64,000 nt of DNA from Lama glama (GCA_028534125.1 CM052823.1:6014001-6078000), one strand, 5' to 3'; positions 38,041 to 51,589 are shown, counted from the first letter of the stretch. Made by a program: numbers and translations. The notes: generated by a model not told the origin, from the letters alone.

Positions 38041-38969
38041 TATAGAGGAACGTTTCTAAAAGCAGGACCACATCATGGTCCAGGACCAGAAATTGCCATT
38101 CATCTTGGCACATTCAGGAACTGAATCAGGTTGGAGGTGATGATCCGCCCATTGTGCCTGGACTGGACTCATACTAAACAAGCTCAAAAAGCCAGATGTA
38201 TAGCTATCAATATGTTCATCGACTTAGTTTAGATGAGAAATTGACCTGCCAGTGACAAAATCCTCAGGTTGACCAAAATATTCACTCTCCAGAGGCAGCT
38301 ATACCAAGAAAGTTACTGAAGCTCAAAGGTCCCTTAGTGAAAATGACTGTTGGGGCCCAGACAGTGAGTGGGTGGCTCTGATGTCCAGCTCAGACAGCCT
38401 CATACCAGGGAAACTCAGGGCCAAGGATCACTTTTGCTGAGACAGTTCTCACAGGCCCTACCAGGCCTAGTTGTCTGGACTTCCCAGTTCTTTGTCTTAG
38501 GCTGCTCACCTGTCACCCATCACAAAAGTGGGTCTACTGATAAGTGTGACAAAAGCCACCAGGCACCCACTTCTTAAATGATATCCTCATTCCAGCCCAA
38601 ACTTTTAAGACACTATTGCTGATTCCTTGATTTAGGTGTGAGCTGCACCCAAGTTTCAGTGCACATTTATAGTTTGCTGGGTTTTTGGCTACCAATGGCT
38701 AACCCACTCATTGTGCATGGATGTGACGATTTTAATTCTTAGACACAAATACCAATTCCAAGGTTAGGGAGCACTTGTGATCTCTAGGAGGAACCAGATT
38801 TCTGTGCAACCCAAACCTCATCCATCACACACAACCCATAAGCACACGTCCTTGAAGCCGTAATTTTTCTGTTATGTTGCACTGGGTCTAGTTCTTCATT
38901 CTTGGTCCTGCACATGGAATTTGCAGGTCATTCACATTTCCCTGGCCCCTCTTTTGCCTTTGACAATTT

Positions 38970-39240
38970 CTTCATCTATTGCTTCCTCCAAATATTCTTT
39001 GCATGTGCCTCTTCCTGAATATTCCCACTGCCGCCGTTGTGATTCAGTTCCTGGCTACTTCCAGACTGATCTTCCATAAACATCTTATTGCCTCTGAATC
39101 CAGCCTCCATGTTCATCAAATCACATCCCAGCAGAGACCTATTCATTTCACCCTGTACCCTGCAGCAGAGACTCCGTCCTCCCCAGTCCAAGCTTCAAGT
39201 TTACACAACTAACTACACGTGGTCCACAAAGAAGGTCTTT
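38970..39240 (+). mobile_element. L2 fragment
   Basis: cctccaaatattcttt...attcccactgccgccgttgtgattcag...ccctgcagcagaga. Confidence 0.5.
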
Positions 39241-40049
39241 CAGGGTCTGAAGATTCAACCAGTTATGAGGTTAATGAAACCATTTCACTGCTCTGAACAT
39301 CAGTTTCTAACTGTAAGCTAGGAAAAACAAAGCCGTCTCCTACAGTGGTGGAGAGGACCTGAAGAACACGCTTCCACAGCACAGTTGCACTCCTCAGTTC
39401 CTTTCCCCTACCTTCCAGTCTTCACTTTCCAACCTGTACCCCATTTCTAAGGCAGACTAGGATCGACCCCCTTCCTTCCTGGCTGTAAGCAGATTTCCGA
39501 GTCCAGACCCATCACCAGTTTCTCTGGACATCTCTTCTGCATTTTGGTGAACTGGAGTGAATCCCATGTCTTTAGGAAGGATTAGAAGAAGCAAAATCCT
39601 GTTAATCAGGGGGACTAATGACTAACCATGGAGAAATCTCGCCTTTGGTCTACAGGGAGTGGGGACTCTGTGAAGTTTGAATGATGACTCACATTAATAG
39701 AATGTGCTACTTTCTGAGGACTCTTTATTCCTTAAAAGTGGAGCTAAAAAGGACAATAAGTGAAACCAAGGAAAACGTGCAGCTCTGGGAATTGTGCTGA
39801 ACACACCGGAGAGAGAATGTTGTCCTCGGGGGCTGTCCACCGCTGCTCACATCGGAGCGCTGTCCAGTGCTGCTCGCGTCCTCTGAGTCTGACACCTACT
39901 CTTAAAATGTGTGAAAGTGAAGTTCTTTCAACCAAGCCCTCTTCCTCCTCTTCTAATTTTTTTCTCTTCTTTCTTCTTCCTTCCTGAATTCTTTGTATTT
40001 GCGTGTTTTGCTATTAATAGAGCAATTTTATTGAGATGTGTCTTTTTTT

Positions 40050-40210
40050 TGCTTCTCACTCAATGACGTTGGACAGGTGTAATGCTTCTAATTTATAGAC
40101 CGGTAGGTCAAAGTTTAGACTAGTCTACTAATTTGTCTAAGGTCACACAGCTAGTAAATAAAGAGCTATGACCCCAATTTTGTCCTCTAACCCTAAGATC
40201 CATGGTCTTT
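40050..40210 (-). mobile_element. MIR
   Basis: aatttgtctaaggtcacacagctagtaaataaagagct. Confidence 0.7.
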
Positions 40211-40560
40211 CAACAGGGGCCCTTTTATCACCGTGCACTCAGCTACTAACAAATGTTCCGAATTGTAAGCATCCTTGCAACTGACAGTTTTAGGACAAAA
40301 ATGCCTAAACATTTTCTTTAAAGTGATATCTTATTTAATAGATATAATGATGTATTGCTGAATAATTCATAAATTTATTTTTTCTTTTTAAAGGAAGAAG
40401 TAGAGACTTTCATTTTCTGAAACAATTCTTGAACTTGTAACCTTTTGTACCCATGCCTTCTCTATGTTTATAATTCAGGAACACAGGCAGTCTCTCCTTT
40501 CTGGCTTGAAGGGTTAATGTCAATCTTTTTTCCAAGATGGTATCTCAGCTGAATATGGGT

Positions 40561-40709
40561 GGGGGAGTGTACAGCTCAGTGGTAGAGCATGTGCTTAGCA
40601 TGCATGACGTCCTGGGTTCAATCCCCAGTACCTCCATTAAAAGAAGCTAATAAATAAACCTAGTCCCCCCCCAAAAAAACCCCAAAATAACAAACAAAAC
40701 AAAAATAAA
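40561..40709 (+). mobile_element. tRNA-Ala(AGC)-derived SINE (camelid Vic-1-like) with TSD
   Basis: A box agctcagtggtag, B box ggttcaatccc, AGC anticodon remnant 40597-40599, A-rich tail, TSD ctgaatatgg at 40549-40558 and 40710-40719. Confidence 0.9.
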
Positions 40710-41249
40710 CTGAATATGGACATGAGGTTGTCAGCAGAGCTACCTCATCCCGTGAACGGTCTTCTTCAGAGTAATTACTAGCCATTTATTATATCGAGAG
40801 TTTTTTTTTTTATGATCTTTTCCCCACTGTTGTACCATGTTCTCGCTTTCATTTTGAAGAATGATTTTCTATCTGTACTCAGGATACTTCATCGAGAATA
40901 CACGGTGTGTCTCATCATCCCTGCATTTGGATTCTCGGAAACCACTGTTGGCACCCATGGTTGGAATCCCAGGGGTATTCACCATAGCTTTCCAATCTGA
41001 ATGGAAAACAGGGTTGGGGAAAATGCAAAAGAAGAAGGATTGTCAAGTCACTGAGGCGAATCTCACACGGAATCAGGATTTCTAGTCAAGGTTACCCAGA
41101 TTTATTTTTCCCCAAGACTGGGAAGCAATTTCAAGGAGAAGCAATCTGCCCAAAATCATGAGACTGGTCAGTGGCAGTTGGAAATGTCCATTCACGTATG
41201 CATGTTCTCAGGCTTGGAGGTCCCAGAGGGCTCTCTGACCCATCATCTT

Positions 41250-41570
41250 GCTGTGTTTCATGGTCTTGTACCCCTACATGATCCCTTGTCACTCCCTGTT
41301 CCTGGAATGCCCCTTCCTCAGTCCTTTATGTAGTTTACTCTTCCTGATCAGGTCACTGCCCAGATGCCACCTCTTCTGTGACGTCTTTACTGGTCCTCTC
41401 CTCACTGCTTCTTTCCTAACTCTGATTTACATTTGTCTACAGGTAATGTCAACACTTTAAGTGCATTTTAAATGTGTTTGTGCTTCTTGTCTCTATTCAT
41501 CAGTAAGCTCCATAGTAGGCAAGACTTTTACATAAAGTAGGTACTCAATTTGTATTTGACCAATGAAGGT
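41250..41570 (+). mobile_element. L2 3' end
   Basis: ccctgttcctggaatgccctt...gatgccacctcttctgtga...gtaagctcca...agtaggtactcaatttgtatttg. Confidence 0.7.
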
Positions 41571-42065
41571 TGCACAAGTGGGTATAGTTGGTTTCATGCT
41601 GTGGAATTGCCAGAATTGCATAAGCTTATTCAATTCATTAAAGGCACTTTTAAATATGAAGTCTCAGTTTGGTTTAGATTGATTTCCCCACAAAATTCCT
41701 ACACAGTAGGCACTTAAAAATAATGATCTATGTCTAGGAAGAACAGCTTTAGGTTTTCACCCACATGTCTTGCAGGTGTCTCTCTATGGCCCCACCAGAA
41801 GCCCAGTTACCTTGCAAAAGCCAAAGCATCTTGACACAAGCAATTGTGGCTCTCCAGGTGCCAAGGTACCTCCAAAGGCCTATCTTCCCACCAGGCCCTG
41901 AGGATTTGCTCTGGTATCTCTTAATGGACAGGGGAATATTACTCTGCTGGTGACAGTGAAGACTGGTGAGTATGACAAGGGGCCAGAAACCAGAGCAGAG
42001 GTGCAGACATAGGAACAGGAATGGGGAGCAACAGGTGGGAAGGATGGCCCTCAAGAAGCCCCTGG

Positions 42066-43720
42066 AAAGCAATACTGAGAAAAAAAAAAACTAAAAAGAA
42101 AACCAGCTGGAGTNNNNNNNNNNNNNNNNNNNNNNNNNNNNNNNNNNNNNNNNNNNNNNNNNNNNNNNNNNNNNNNNNNNNNNNNNNNNNNNNNNNNNNN
42201 NNNNNNNNNNNNNNNNNNNNNNNNNNNNNNNNNNNNNNNNNNNNNNNNNNNNNNNNNNNNNNNNNNNNNNNNNACTTTTCAACAAAGGAAGCAAGGATAT
42301 ACTGTGGAGAAAAGATAGTCTTTTCAATAAATGATGCTGAGGAAACTGGACAGCTACAAGTAAAAGAATGAGACAGAAGATTTCCTCACACCATATACAA
42401 AGATAAGCTCAAAATGGATTAAAGACCTAAATGGAAGACCTGAAACCATAAAACTCCTAAAAGAGAACACAGGCAAAATAGTCTTTGACATAAATCATAG
42501 CAATATTTTTTTTGCATCTGTCTCCTAAGGCAAAAAATATAAAAGCAAAAATAAACAAATGGGACCTAATTAAACTTAAAAGTTTGTGCACAGCAAAGGA
42601 AACCATGGCAAAGTGAAAAGACAACCTACAGAATGGGAGGAAATGTTTGTACGTGATTGATTGACAAGAGGTTACTTATCCAAAATGCATACAACTCAGT
42701 ATCAAAAAATTAAACAACCCAATCAAAAATAGGCAGAAGACCTGAATAGACATTTTTCCAAAGAAGATATCCAGATGGCTAACAGGCACATGAAAAGATG
42801 CTCAGTGTTGCTAATTATTAGAGATAAACACACATCAAAACGATGAGATATCACCTCACACCTGTCAGAATGTCTATCGTCGAAACGNNNNNNNNNNNNN
42901 NNNNNNNNNNNNNNNNNNNNNNNNNNNNNNNNNNNNNNNNNNNNNNNNNNNNNNNNNNNNNNNNNNNNNNNNNNNNNNNNNNNNNNNNNNNNNNNNNNNN
43001 NNNNNNNNNNNNNNNNNNNNNNNNNNAGCAGTTCGCTCCTGGATATATATCTGGAAAAAAACAAAAACACTAACTGAAAAAGATACACACACCCCAGTGT
43101 TCACAGCAGCACTATTTACAATAGCCAAGATATGGAAGCAACCCAAGAGTCCATCAGCAGACAAACTGATAAAGAACATGTGTGATACATACATATATAT
43201 TTGTGTGAATATTACTCAGCCATGAAAAAGAATAAAATAGTGCCATTTGCAGCAACATGGACAGAGCTAGAGAATATTATGCTTAGTGAAATAAATCAGA
43301 TGGAGAAAGACAAATACTACATGATATCACTTATAAGTGGAATCTGAAAAAAATTAAGCAAATGAATGTATATAGCAAAACAGAAGCAGACTCATAGGTA
43401 CAGAAAACAAACTGGTGATTACCAGTGGGAAGAGGAAAGAGGAGAGGGGCAAGACAGAGGTATGAGATTAAGTGATACAAACTACTATGTATCAAACAGA
43501 TAAGCAACAAAAATATACTGTGCAGCAAAGGGGATTATAGCCATTATCTTATAATACCTTTCAATGGAGTATAATCTGTAAAAATACTGAATCAGTACAC
43601 TGTATACCTGAAACTAATGTAATATTGTAAAGCAAGCATGTTTCAATTTAAAGAAATAAACAAATACATTTTTTAAATAAGAAAATATAAATGAAATCGT
43701 GCAAGTGAAAAAAAAAAAAA
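42066..43720 (+). mobile_element. 5'-truncated artiodactyl L1 (3' part of ORF2, 3' UTR, A tail), with two N gaps (42114-42273, 42888-43026)
   Basis: KAILRKK..., aaaatggattaaagacctaaat, [13 protein letters not shown], ccatttgcagcaacatggac and an artiodactyl L1 3' UTR; frameshifted and inactive. Confidence 0.93.
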
Positions 43721-43879
43721 GCCAGTGGGCTGGCTGGTTTTTTGGAAAAGGAAGATGAAAGACAATTGGGAATGACTTCGCTGTTTTGTCTGCTTCCCTG
43801 TACGTACCTCCTGACTCGTAAATCACCATAAAATGTTGGGGAGTCTGCTATTAAATTGAAACAGATGTCAGAAGACCTT

Positions 43880-44050
43880 TACTTTGACCTCAGGTCTGCA
43901 TTGAGAGGTCATGCCCCCTTACTGAGCTTATTTCCTCATCTGTGAAATGGCCCTCATTATTCTTGCCCCACCTAAATGAGAAGTGCAGGGAACTGGTGGG
44001 CTGGCTTCCTAAATATGTCTTAAACCGTGAAGCCCTGCACAAATGCACAG
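43880..44050 (+). mobile_element. MIR
   Basis: ctgagcttatttcctcatctgtgaaatgg core. Confidence 0.65.
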
Positions 44051-45654
44051 CTTCACTTATCCGTCACAAAATCTTATTGAATGGTGTCTTGCTTTGTTTG
44101 GTTTAGTTGTTCAGGACGAAATGTTTATCCTGATCTTGCATTCTGAGAGCTCACAGGAATTTTAAACCTGATTTCTCTGATTTTGGCTTTTCCTTGACTT
44201 CTTATTTCAAGAGTGAAACTAAAGGAGGATCTATTTCTCTTTGGTTTCAGGTTCTAACAGCAGGGGTTTTTTTTGCATTCTGATTGCAAGCACAGCCTAA
44301 CAAAGCCATATTTAAAGGCAGGGAAATGTCACTTACATGTTAAAAAGCTCACAGAAGCAAGTCTGTCTCTGCTGAATCTTTGAAGACGCTGCTTAATAAA
44401 ACCGAGAGATCTTTCTGACGCTGTCCAACAAAACCTCTGGTAGATTTGCTCTGTGTGTATTTTTGACGATACAGATGAAAGAGGGGAGGGAGGCAGTGTG
44501 CATCACAACAATTGTTTTTCATTACAGTCCGATATCCTCAAGCTTTAGTGCCATGGAGTCAATCAGAAAAGGTGGGGTATTAATTACGAAGGTACACTTC
44601 AATTTATCAGCAAAGGATATCAAACAGGCCAAACGCCACAGCTTTTCATATAATTTCTCTCTTCCTTGTAGGGAGGCACGTAGCAACAATTTGCAAATTG
44701 CCTCCTCTGCAAAATGAAGGAAGGAAAACATACACACACAACACACAATTAAAAGCCGATAAGCATCGGGCGATGTGTCACATTTTCAGCAGAAAGCCAA
44801 AAGTGGAGGTCTTAATCTCCGGGGTGGGTGTGCCATGACTACTCGCGGAGACCTCCCCTGATGTGACTACTTAACTCCTATTAAAATTAATAGGGGTCAG
44901 GCTTGATCATCAAGGGAGAAAGGGCCTCCTGGCGCGCTTAGGCTTCACGTAATAAGGATTTGGTGATTACTATATTATTTGGCCATTCATTTTCAGATTA
45001 TCTTGTAAGTGTATGCTCTTTGTGATCTTTGGTCCAATTATAAAGAATAACATGTCGTGTAGGATCTATTTTTATTAAAGCAGTCTTCTTCTCTTAAGCA
45101 TATAATTTAAGAGGGCATAGTGACAGGATCTCAATGCAAAGAACTTGAAACTCCCCCTCCCCAAATAAATCATGTTAGTTACCGTTTCTAAACTAGGTCT
45201 ACCTTCAAGAGACCTCTGACCCAAAGATTTGGAGAACATTAGTTCATAGAGAAACTCAACTCAGACATGTCTTAGATAACAGAAGGAGAGGGTAAGTTTT
45301 CTTGAAAAAGTGACATGATCATGGAGTCACATAATAAATGTGAAAAACCCAAGGTGGAAATCATCCCCCCCAAATCTTTGAGGTTCAGTTTACTCTTCTA
45401 TGAAATGGGTGTAAAATCACCAGCCTCAAGCACATTTGTATGAAAGTGCTGGTAACAAAGCTGTGTCAAAGGACACAAAAGTCACCCAATATCACAGAGC
45501 AGTGTACTGAGGAGGATCAAGAACAAGAGTCAGAATCCATCAGCAATTTTTTAGTGGATTCCATAATTTGAATTTTAATCCATTAAAGAAATTAGAACAA
45601 CAACAATAAATAAATAAACATCATCCTGTAGGAGAAAGGACATCTTTGAAAAAT

Positions 45655-45750
45655 TTTAAACACCTTTACTGTGGTATGATTCCTGTACAGTAAACTACAC
45701 ATACTGCAGATGCACAATTTGTGAATTTCGATAGATGTGCACACCAATGA
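45655..45750 (-). mobile_element. Old L1M 3' terminus (same type as 10495-10580)
   Basis: gtatgattcctgtacagtaaactacacatactgcagatgcacaatttgtgaatttcga. Confidence 0.7.
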
Positions 45751-46054
45751 AAAGACATTTTTAAAGGAACAGTGACGAATAGGACGCTCCTGTGACACAA
45801 AGAAAATTACCACCATGAAATCATGCTGCGTCTCTCTCTTATTTTCCTCATTTCACTGCATACTGGTGAAAGAGACCTCTCGCACTCCCTCTGGTCCACG
45901 GGTGAGCATTTAGGAGCCCCTGACATAGGCCACCACGGCAGCTCAGAGCCATGCACAGGTTAAGTAATTCACAGAGACGTTAACAATTAAGCAAGCAGGC
46001 GTGTTTGAGTCTTACTTTACTTTCTCATTTGCAGATCAAAACATTGCGCTCTGA

Positions 46055-47035
46055 CCTATGAATGAGAGAAAGTGTTCGCAAAACATATATCTGATAAGGG
46101 GTCAATATCCGAAATATATAAGGCACTCACACAACTCCACAGCAAAAATCATCATCACCATCATCTGAACAGAACATGGGCCGAGGACTGGAACAGACAT
46201 TTCTCCAAAGAAGACACACAATGACCTACATGAAACGATGTACAACATCACCAGTCATCAGGGGAACACAAATCAAAATCCCGATGAGGTACCACCTACC
46301 AGCTTTTAGAACGGCTATTTTCAAAAGAGATAAATGCCAGTGAGGACACGGAGAAAAGGGAACCCTTTTGCACTATTAGCGGGGATGTAAATTTGTGCAG
46401 CCACTGTGAAAAACAGCAGAGAGATTCCTCAAAAAATTAAAAGTAGAACTACCAAACGATCCAACAATCTTACCTCTAAGTATGCAAAGTAAATGAAATT
46501 ACTATCTCTAGAGAAGATCTGCACTATCATGTTCACAGCGTTATTCACAACTGCTAAGCCATAGAAACACGCTAAATATCCACTGATGGATGAACAAAGA
46601 AAGAAAATGCGGTGTATGTATACGTCAGATAGAGAAAGACAAATACTGCATGATCTCATTTACATGGGGGATCGAAAGCATCAAACTCATAGTAACAGAA
46701 ATAGAATGGTGGTTGCCAGGGCCTGAGGGTTAGGGGAAATGGAGAGATGTTGGTCAAACTTTCAGTTATAAGGCTAATAAGTTCTGGGGATCTACAGTAC
46801 GGAATGGTGACTATAGTTAACAATACTGTATTGTTTACTTGAAAGTTGGTGAGAGAGTAGAGCTTTAAAGTTCTCACCATAGCAACAACCAAACAGAAAT
46901 TATGTGACATGGTGAAGGATGTGTTAACCTTGTTGTGGTCAACATTTTACAATACACATGTATCAGATCGTCTCATTGTACACCTTACACTTTCACAGAG
47001 TTACAAATCAATTACATCTCAATAAAGTTGGGGGA
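46055..47035 (+). mobile_element. L1MA9/10-like 3' fragment with internal deletion near 46620
   Basis: ORF2 motifs (gacatttctccaaagaagacaca, ggagaaaagggaaccctt) and 3' UTR ctttcagttataag...ataagttctggggatcta...catctcaataaag. Confidence 0.85.
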
Positions 47036-47129
47036 GGGAATCATTGCAAAGTCTGAGCAACAATCAGATCCCCATATCCCACCCTAAAAAAAGTGCTGTG
47101 CTCTTTATATACTCTTAAACAAGGCTATT

Positions 47130-47585
47130 CATATTTCTAAATTTCTGTCACTATCACTCTTCCTTCTCATACATGTCCTTGGATCAAGCTTATTTTTATT
47201 GCTTGAATTTTCCTGAATAACTTTTTGTCTGCCTGAGATATCAGTTTCTGAGAGGCGTTAAAATTTCTCACCATCAGTGAAACTGTCTGCCATTATGTTA
47301 GCTCTGCCCAGTTTTCCTCTATATAGTCTGCAAATATGTTGTTCGGTACATGCAGGTTCAGGATTGCTATATGTCTTCCTGGAGAACTGTTGTTGTTTTA
47401 AACATTATCTAATAACATGATTTTTCCCAAATGCTTTTCTGCCTCAAAGTCGATTTTCTCTGATACTGACGTTGCTTTTGCCTTTGCTTTGTGACTTTGT
47501 AGTTTTGTAAAATCTTTTACATTTCTGTATCGTTATCTTTGCATATGTCCCTTATAAATAGAAAACAGGTGAAAATGATTTGCTT
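47130..47585 (-). mobile_element. Old L1M/HAL1-like fragment (ORF2 5' region)
   Basis: atcagtttctgagaggcgttaaaatttctcacca...ttgttcggtacatgcaggttcaggattgctat. Confidence 0.6.
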
Positions 47586-47589
47586 GTTT

Positions 47590-49555
47590 GTTTAATTAGC
47601 TTTTCATTTTAAGGTAATTGTAGGCTTATATGCAATAGTAAGAAATAACTAAAGTAAATCCCATGGACCCTTTACCCAGTTTCACTCAATGTGAACATCT
47701 TGCAGGACTGTAGTCCAATCATCACAACCAGGATATTGATGTAAGCTCAGTCAAGGTACAGAAAATCCCCATCACCACAAAGATTCCTCATGTTACCCTC
47801 TGATGGCCATGTTCACTTCCCGTAGCACCTTGGAACCACTAATCTGTTCTCCCTTTCTATTTCTCATTTCAAGAATGTTACAGAAATAGCCTCATACAGT
47901 ATGTAACCTTTTAGGATTCACTTTTTTTCACTCAGCATAATTTTTAAAGATGCATCCAGGTTGTTGTGCATATCAAAAGTTAGTTCCTTTTTATCATATG
48001 TACATGGTGTGTACGTGGTACAGTTTAACCATTCACTCATTGCAGGACATCTGGGTAGTTTCCAGTTTTTAGCTATTATGAGTAAAATAGCTGTAAACAT
48101 TTGTGTACAGATTTTTTTATGTGAACACAATAAGTTGTCTGGAATATGTATTGCCCAGGCATGCAATTGCTCGGTCATACAGTAACTGCATGTTTAGCAT
48201 TTAAGGAACTGCCAAAATGTTTCCAGAGCAACTGTACTAATTTACACTCCATCAGCAACGTATGAGTGATGGGTTTCTCCACATCCTCATCACCATTTCG
48301 TGTTGTCACTGTCTTTTATTTTAGCCATTCTGATGGGTGTGCAGTGACTTGCATTGTGGTTATAATTTGCATCTCACTAACGGCTAATGATGCTGACATC
48401 TTTTGAGGTACTTATTTGCTATACGAGTATCTTCTTTGGTGAAATGTCTCTTTATGTCTTTGACCGCAGTCCAGTTGGATTGCTTGTTTATTGTTGAGTT
48501 TAGACAGCTCTTTATATACTCCAGATAATGGCCCTTTATCAGATCAGATATGTGATTTGCAAATATGTCCTCTTGCTCTGTAGCTTGTCTTTCATTCACT
48601 TAGTGTCTTTGGCAGAACATTTTTTTTTTAATTTTGAAGAGTCCTGTTTATCACATTTTTCTTTTATGGATTTTATTTTTGATGTTGAGTCTAAGGACTC
48701 TGCCTGGCCCTACATCCTGTAAATTTTTTTTCTCTCTTTTTTTTTCTTTTCTTTTAACTTTCATAATTGTACAAGTATCTCCCTTACCCATTTTGATTTA
48801 ACTTTTTATAAGGCAAGAAACTTGGGTCAAGGCATTCTCTTTTCTGTTTTGGTTTTGGTTTTTTTTGCCTTTGGAGGCCCAACTGCTCCAGCATCATTTG
48901 TTGAAAAGGCTATGCTTTCTCCATTGAATTGCTTTTGCACTTATGTCAAAAATCATTGGTCACGCTTGTGTGGGTCTATTTCTGAACCCTCTACTCTGTT
49001 CCATTGATCTATGTGTCTATGGTCAACATCATGTGGTCGTAACTATTACAGCTGTATAATAAAATAAAATTGGCAGAATGATTACACCCAACTTATTGCT
49101 CTTTTAAAAAAATCTTTTAAACTATTTTAGTCCCTTTGCTTTTCCATATATACTTTAAAATAAACTTGTCTATATCTACCCAAAAAATTTTGCTGGGATT
49201 TTGGTAGGAATGATATTAAATCTACGAATCAGCATGTGGGTAACTGATATCACTATGCTGTTGAGTCTTCCAATCCATGAACACAGTATGCCTCTCCATT
49301 TATTTAAATTTCCTTTGACTTATTTTATCAGTTTTATGTAGTTTTCATCATACAAGTCCTGTACTGGTCTTATTAATTTCACACTTGAGTATTTCACTTT
49401 TCTCAGGGATTTCAATGGCTTTATACTTTTGATTTGGGTGTCCATATCTTCATTGTTAGTATATAGAAATAGAATTAATTTGTCTATGTTTGTCTTTATC
49501 CTGTGAGTTTGCCCGCTATCTCTAGGAATATTTTGTAGATTTCTTGGGACTTTCT
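47590..49555 (-). mobile_element. L1MC1/2-like element (about 2 kb)
   Basis: 3' end gtaagaaataac...ccctttacccagttt...aacatcttgca...catcacaaccaggatattga, followed by long antisense ORF2 (MNERQATEQEDIFANHISD, KRHFTKED). Confidence 0.85.
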
Positions 49556-49559
49556 ACTT

Positions 49560-50500
49560 AATTGTTTACTTTCATTGTCTTTTTTCCTATTTCTTTTACT
49601 TTCAACATCTCTGTGTTGTTATCTTTATGTATAACTCTTAAAAATATTATATAGATGGAGACAATTTGTTTTTACTCATACATATTTTTCTTATAACTAG
49701 CAAATTTCATTCAGTGATTCATTGTGACTAATAATGACAAATTTAAGTTTAATTCAATAATTTTATTTTTTATTTGGAACAATTTTTAAATTATTTCTGC
49801 CCTTTTATTTTGCCTTCTTTGGGTTAATTGGATTATCTTTTTTTTTATTCTCTCTTCTTTGATGATTTCCTTCACTTTTAAAATATATATTTGACTTAAC
49901 AAAATTCAGTCTACGTGACTATTCTTTTGAATGTTACACGAACTATAGAAATTTAATTCTCTCTCCCCACTTTCACGACATTGTGATCTAACATTTTAGT
50001 ATCCTCTTATTTCTAAACCTGTCTAAAGCCTTATGATAATTACTCACTTTCTTATAAATCTATATGCAGAATTAATCAAATTTTTACCTATCATTGTTTT
50101 TTACATCCCTCTCCATCCTAATTTTCAGTAGCCTTCATCCACATGTGCACCCTCGGACGGTTCTTTCAACAGGAGTCCCTGAGTGGAACCTCTCGTGGAC
50201 TTTGTTTGCCTGGAACGTCTTACTTCACTCTCGAATCGGCATTTAGCTACGTATAGAACTGGGCTGATATTTACGTTCCGTCCAGGCATTGAGGCTATTC
50301 TTCTGCTGTCTTCTTACCTTTGGTGCTGGAGACAAGAAGTCTGTTGTCACCCTAATTGTTAATCCTTTCCAGACAATCAGACTTTTCTTTCTGGTTGCTT
50401 CAGAAACTGGCCTTGCCCTTTTCCAGTTTCACCACATGTGTGCAGAGATGTGGATTTATTTTCATTTGTATTTCCTTCTCAGACTCAATGTGTCCTGGCC
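49560..50500 (-). mobile_element. Old L1M/HAL1-like fragment (ORF1 side)
   Basis: tttagctacgtatagaactggg...ttctgctgtcttct...agaagtctgttgtcaccctaattg...cagtttcaccacatgtgt, antisense L1 ORF1 pattern. Confidence 0.6.
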
Positions 50501-51589
50501 CAAGACTGGGGACAGCTAGAACTCCACCTTCTCCTCTCAGCACCTTTAGTTTGATGCTTCAGTGAATTAATAGTGTGAAGGAACTTTCCCTGGACTTGCC
50601 TTACATAAAGCACCCTTGGGGCTCAAGTCAAAGGCAACAGCACACAGAAGGTGCAACAACAGCGACAGAGCGAGCTTAGAAGCAGAAGTCAAATCTACCG
50701 TCAGTCTGCAGAAGAAGGAGGCGGTCTTTGGCAAAATACACCCTGATGCTTTAACAGAACCCCTCATTAATGGGGGACACTCACTGCTCTGCTCTGTGCT
50801 ACCTCTTCTTTGATCCTGGCTTAGTTCCTTTGACCAGGTACAGAAGGAAAGGCAAGCAGGATCATCTTCAAGCTCCCTTGAGCTGCTAACATTCTGAAAC
50901 ATATATGGTCTCTCCAATGTCTTTCCAGGGCTGAGCTGATCATTCTGTCTCTTCCAAGTGCTCAGCCACTAGTGTAAGTACTTACTTGGTGTGAGAATGA
51001 ACGTGCAAGGCATCCTCTGCGTCTGTCTTACCGTCGAAGGCTTGGGTTCTGGCACTGGAGCTGCCATGCCTCCTCCCCACCGACTTCCATCTAAAGTGAT
51101 GTGCAGGGTCCACATCTCATTTCCTTGACAAAAATGTCAATGGCATTATCCTATGCATGTGTTGTACAGATAAGGGAAAGTCACTTTAAACAATCTGTTC
51201 CATTCACTTTGGGTTTATGGACTTACGTCTTTATTTTTAACTCAGCAAAGCTGTGGTCTTTGTATTGGAGATGGCAAAGCCAGTCCCAGTCGCCAGCTAG
51301 GTGAGTGGGTCACCTTCCATAGTGTGTGAATTTGTTACTTCCTCAAGGAATCTCACCATCAGCCGAAGAAATGAGACATTCTCCATTCTTCCAGGGAAAA
51401 CACATCTTGTCAATTTTTTGTACAGAAATCCCCTGCAAAATAATAAATGTTCAGCACCCAGCCTGGGGGGTCCATTCCTTTGTGGAGTATAAATCTGAGG
51501 CAGCTTTATTTGTGGAGTGCCTCAAGTTCCTCCTCCCAGCTCAAGGGTGACAATCTGATTTTTTGTCCCCATATTTTGACATCAAGAAT

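Noticed and set aside
40564-40636. tRNA-Ala(AGC) gene
   Set aside because: The acceptor stem needs a bulge, position 8 is C rather than U, and the A-rich tail and TSD identify a SINE
10495-45750. Similar sequences at 10495-10580 and 45655-45750 as a local duplication
   Set aside because: Both are 3' ends of the same old L1M type, and the flanks are unrelated
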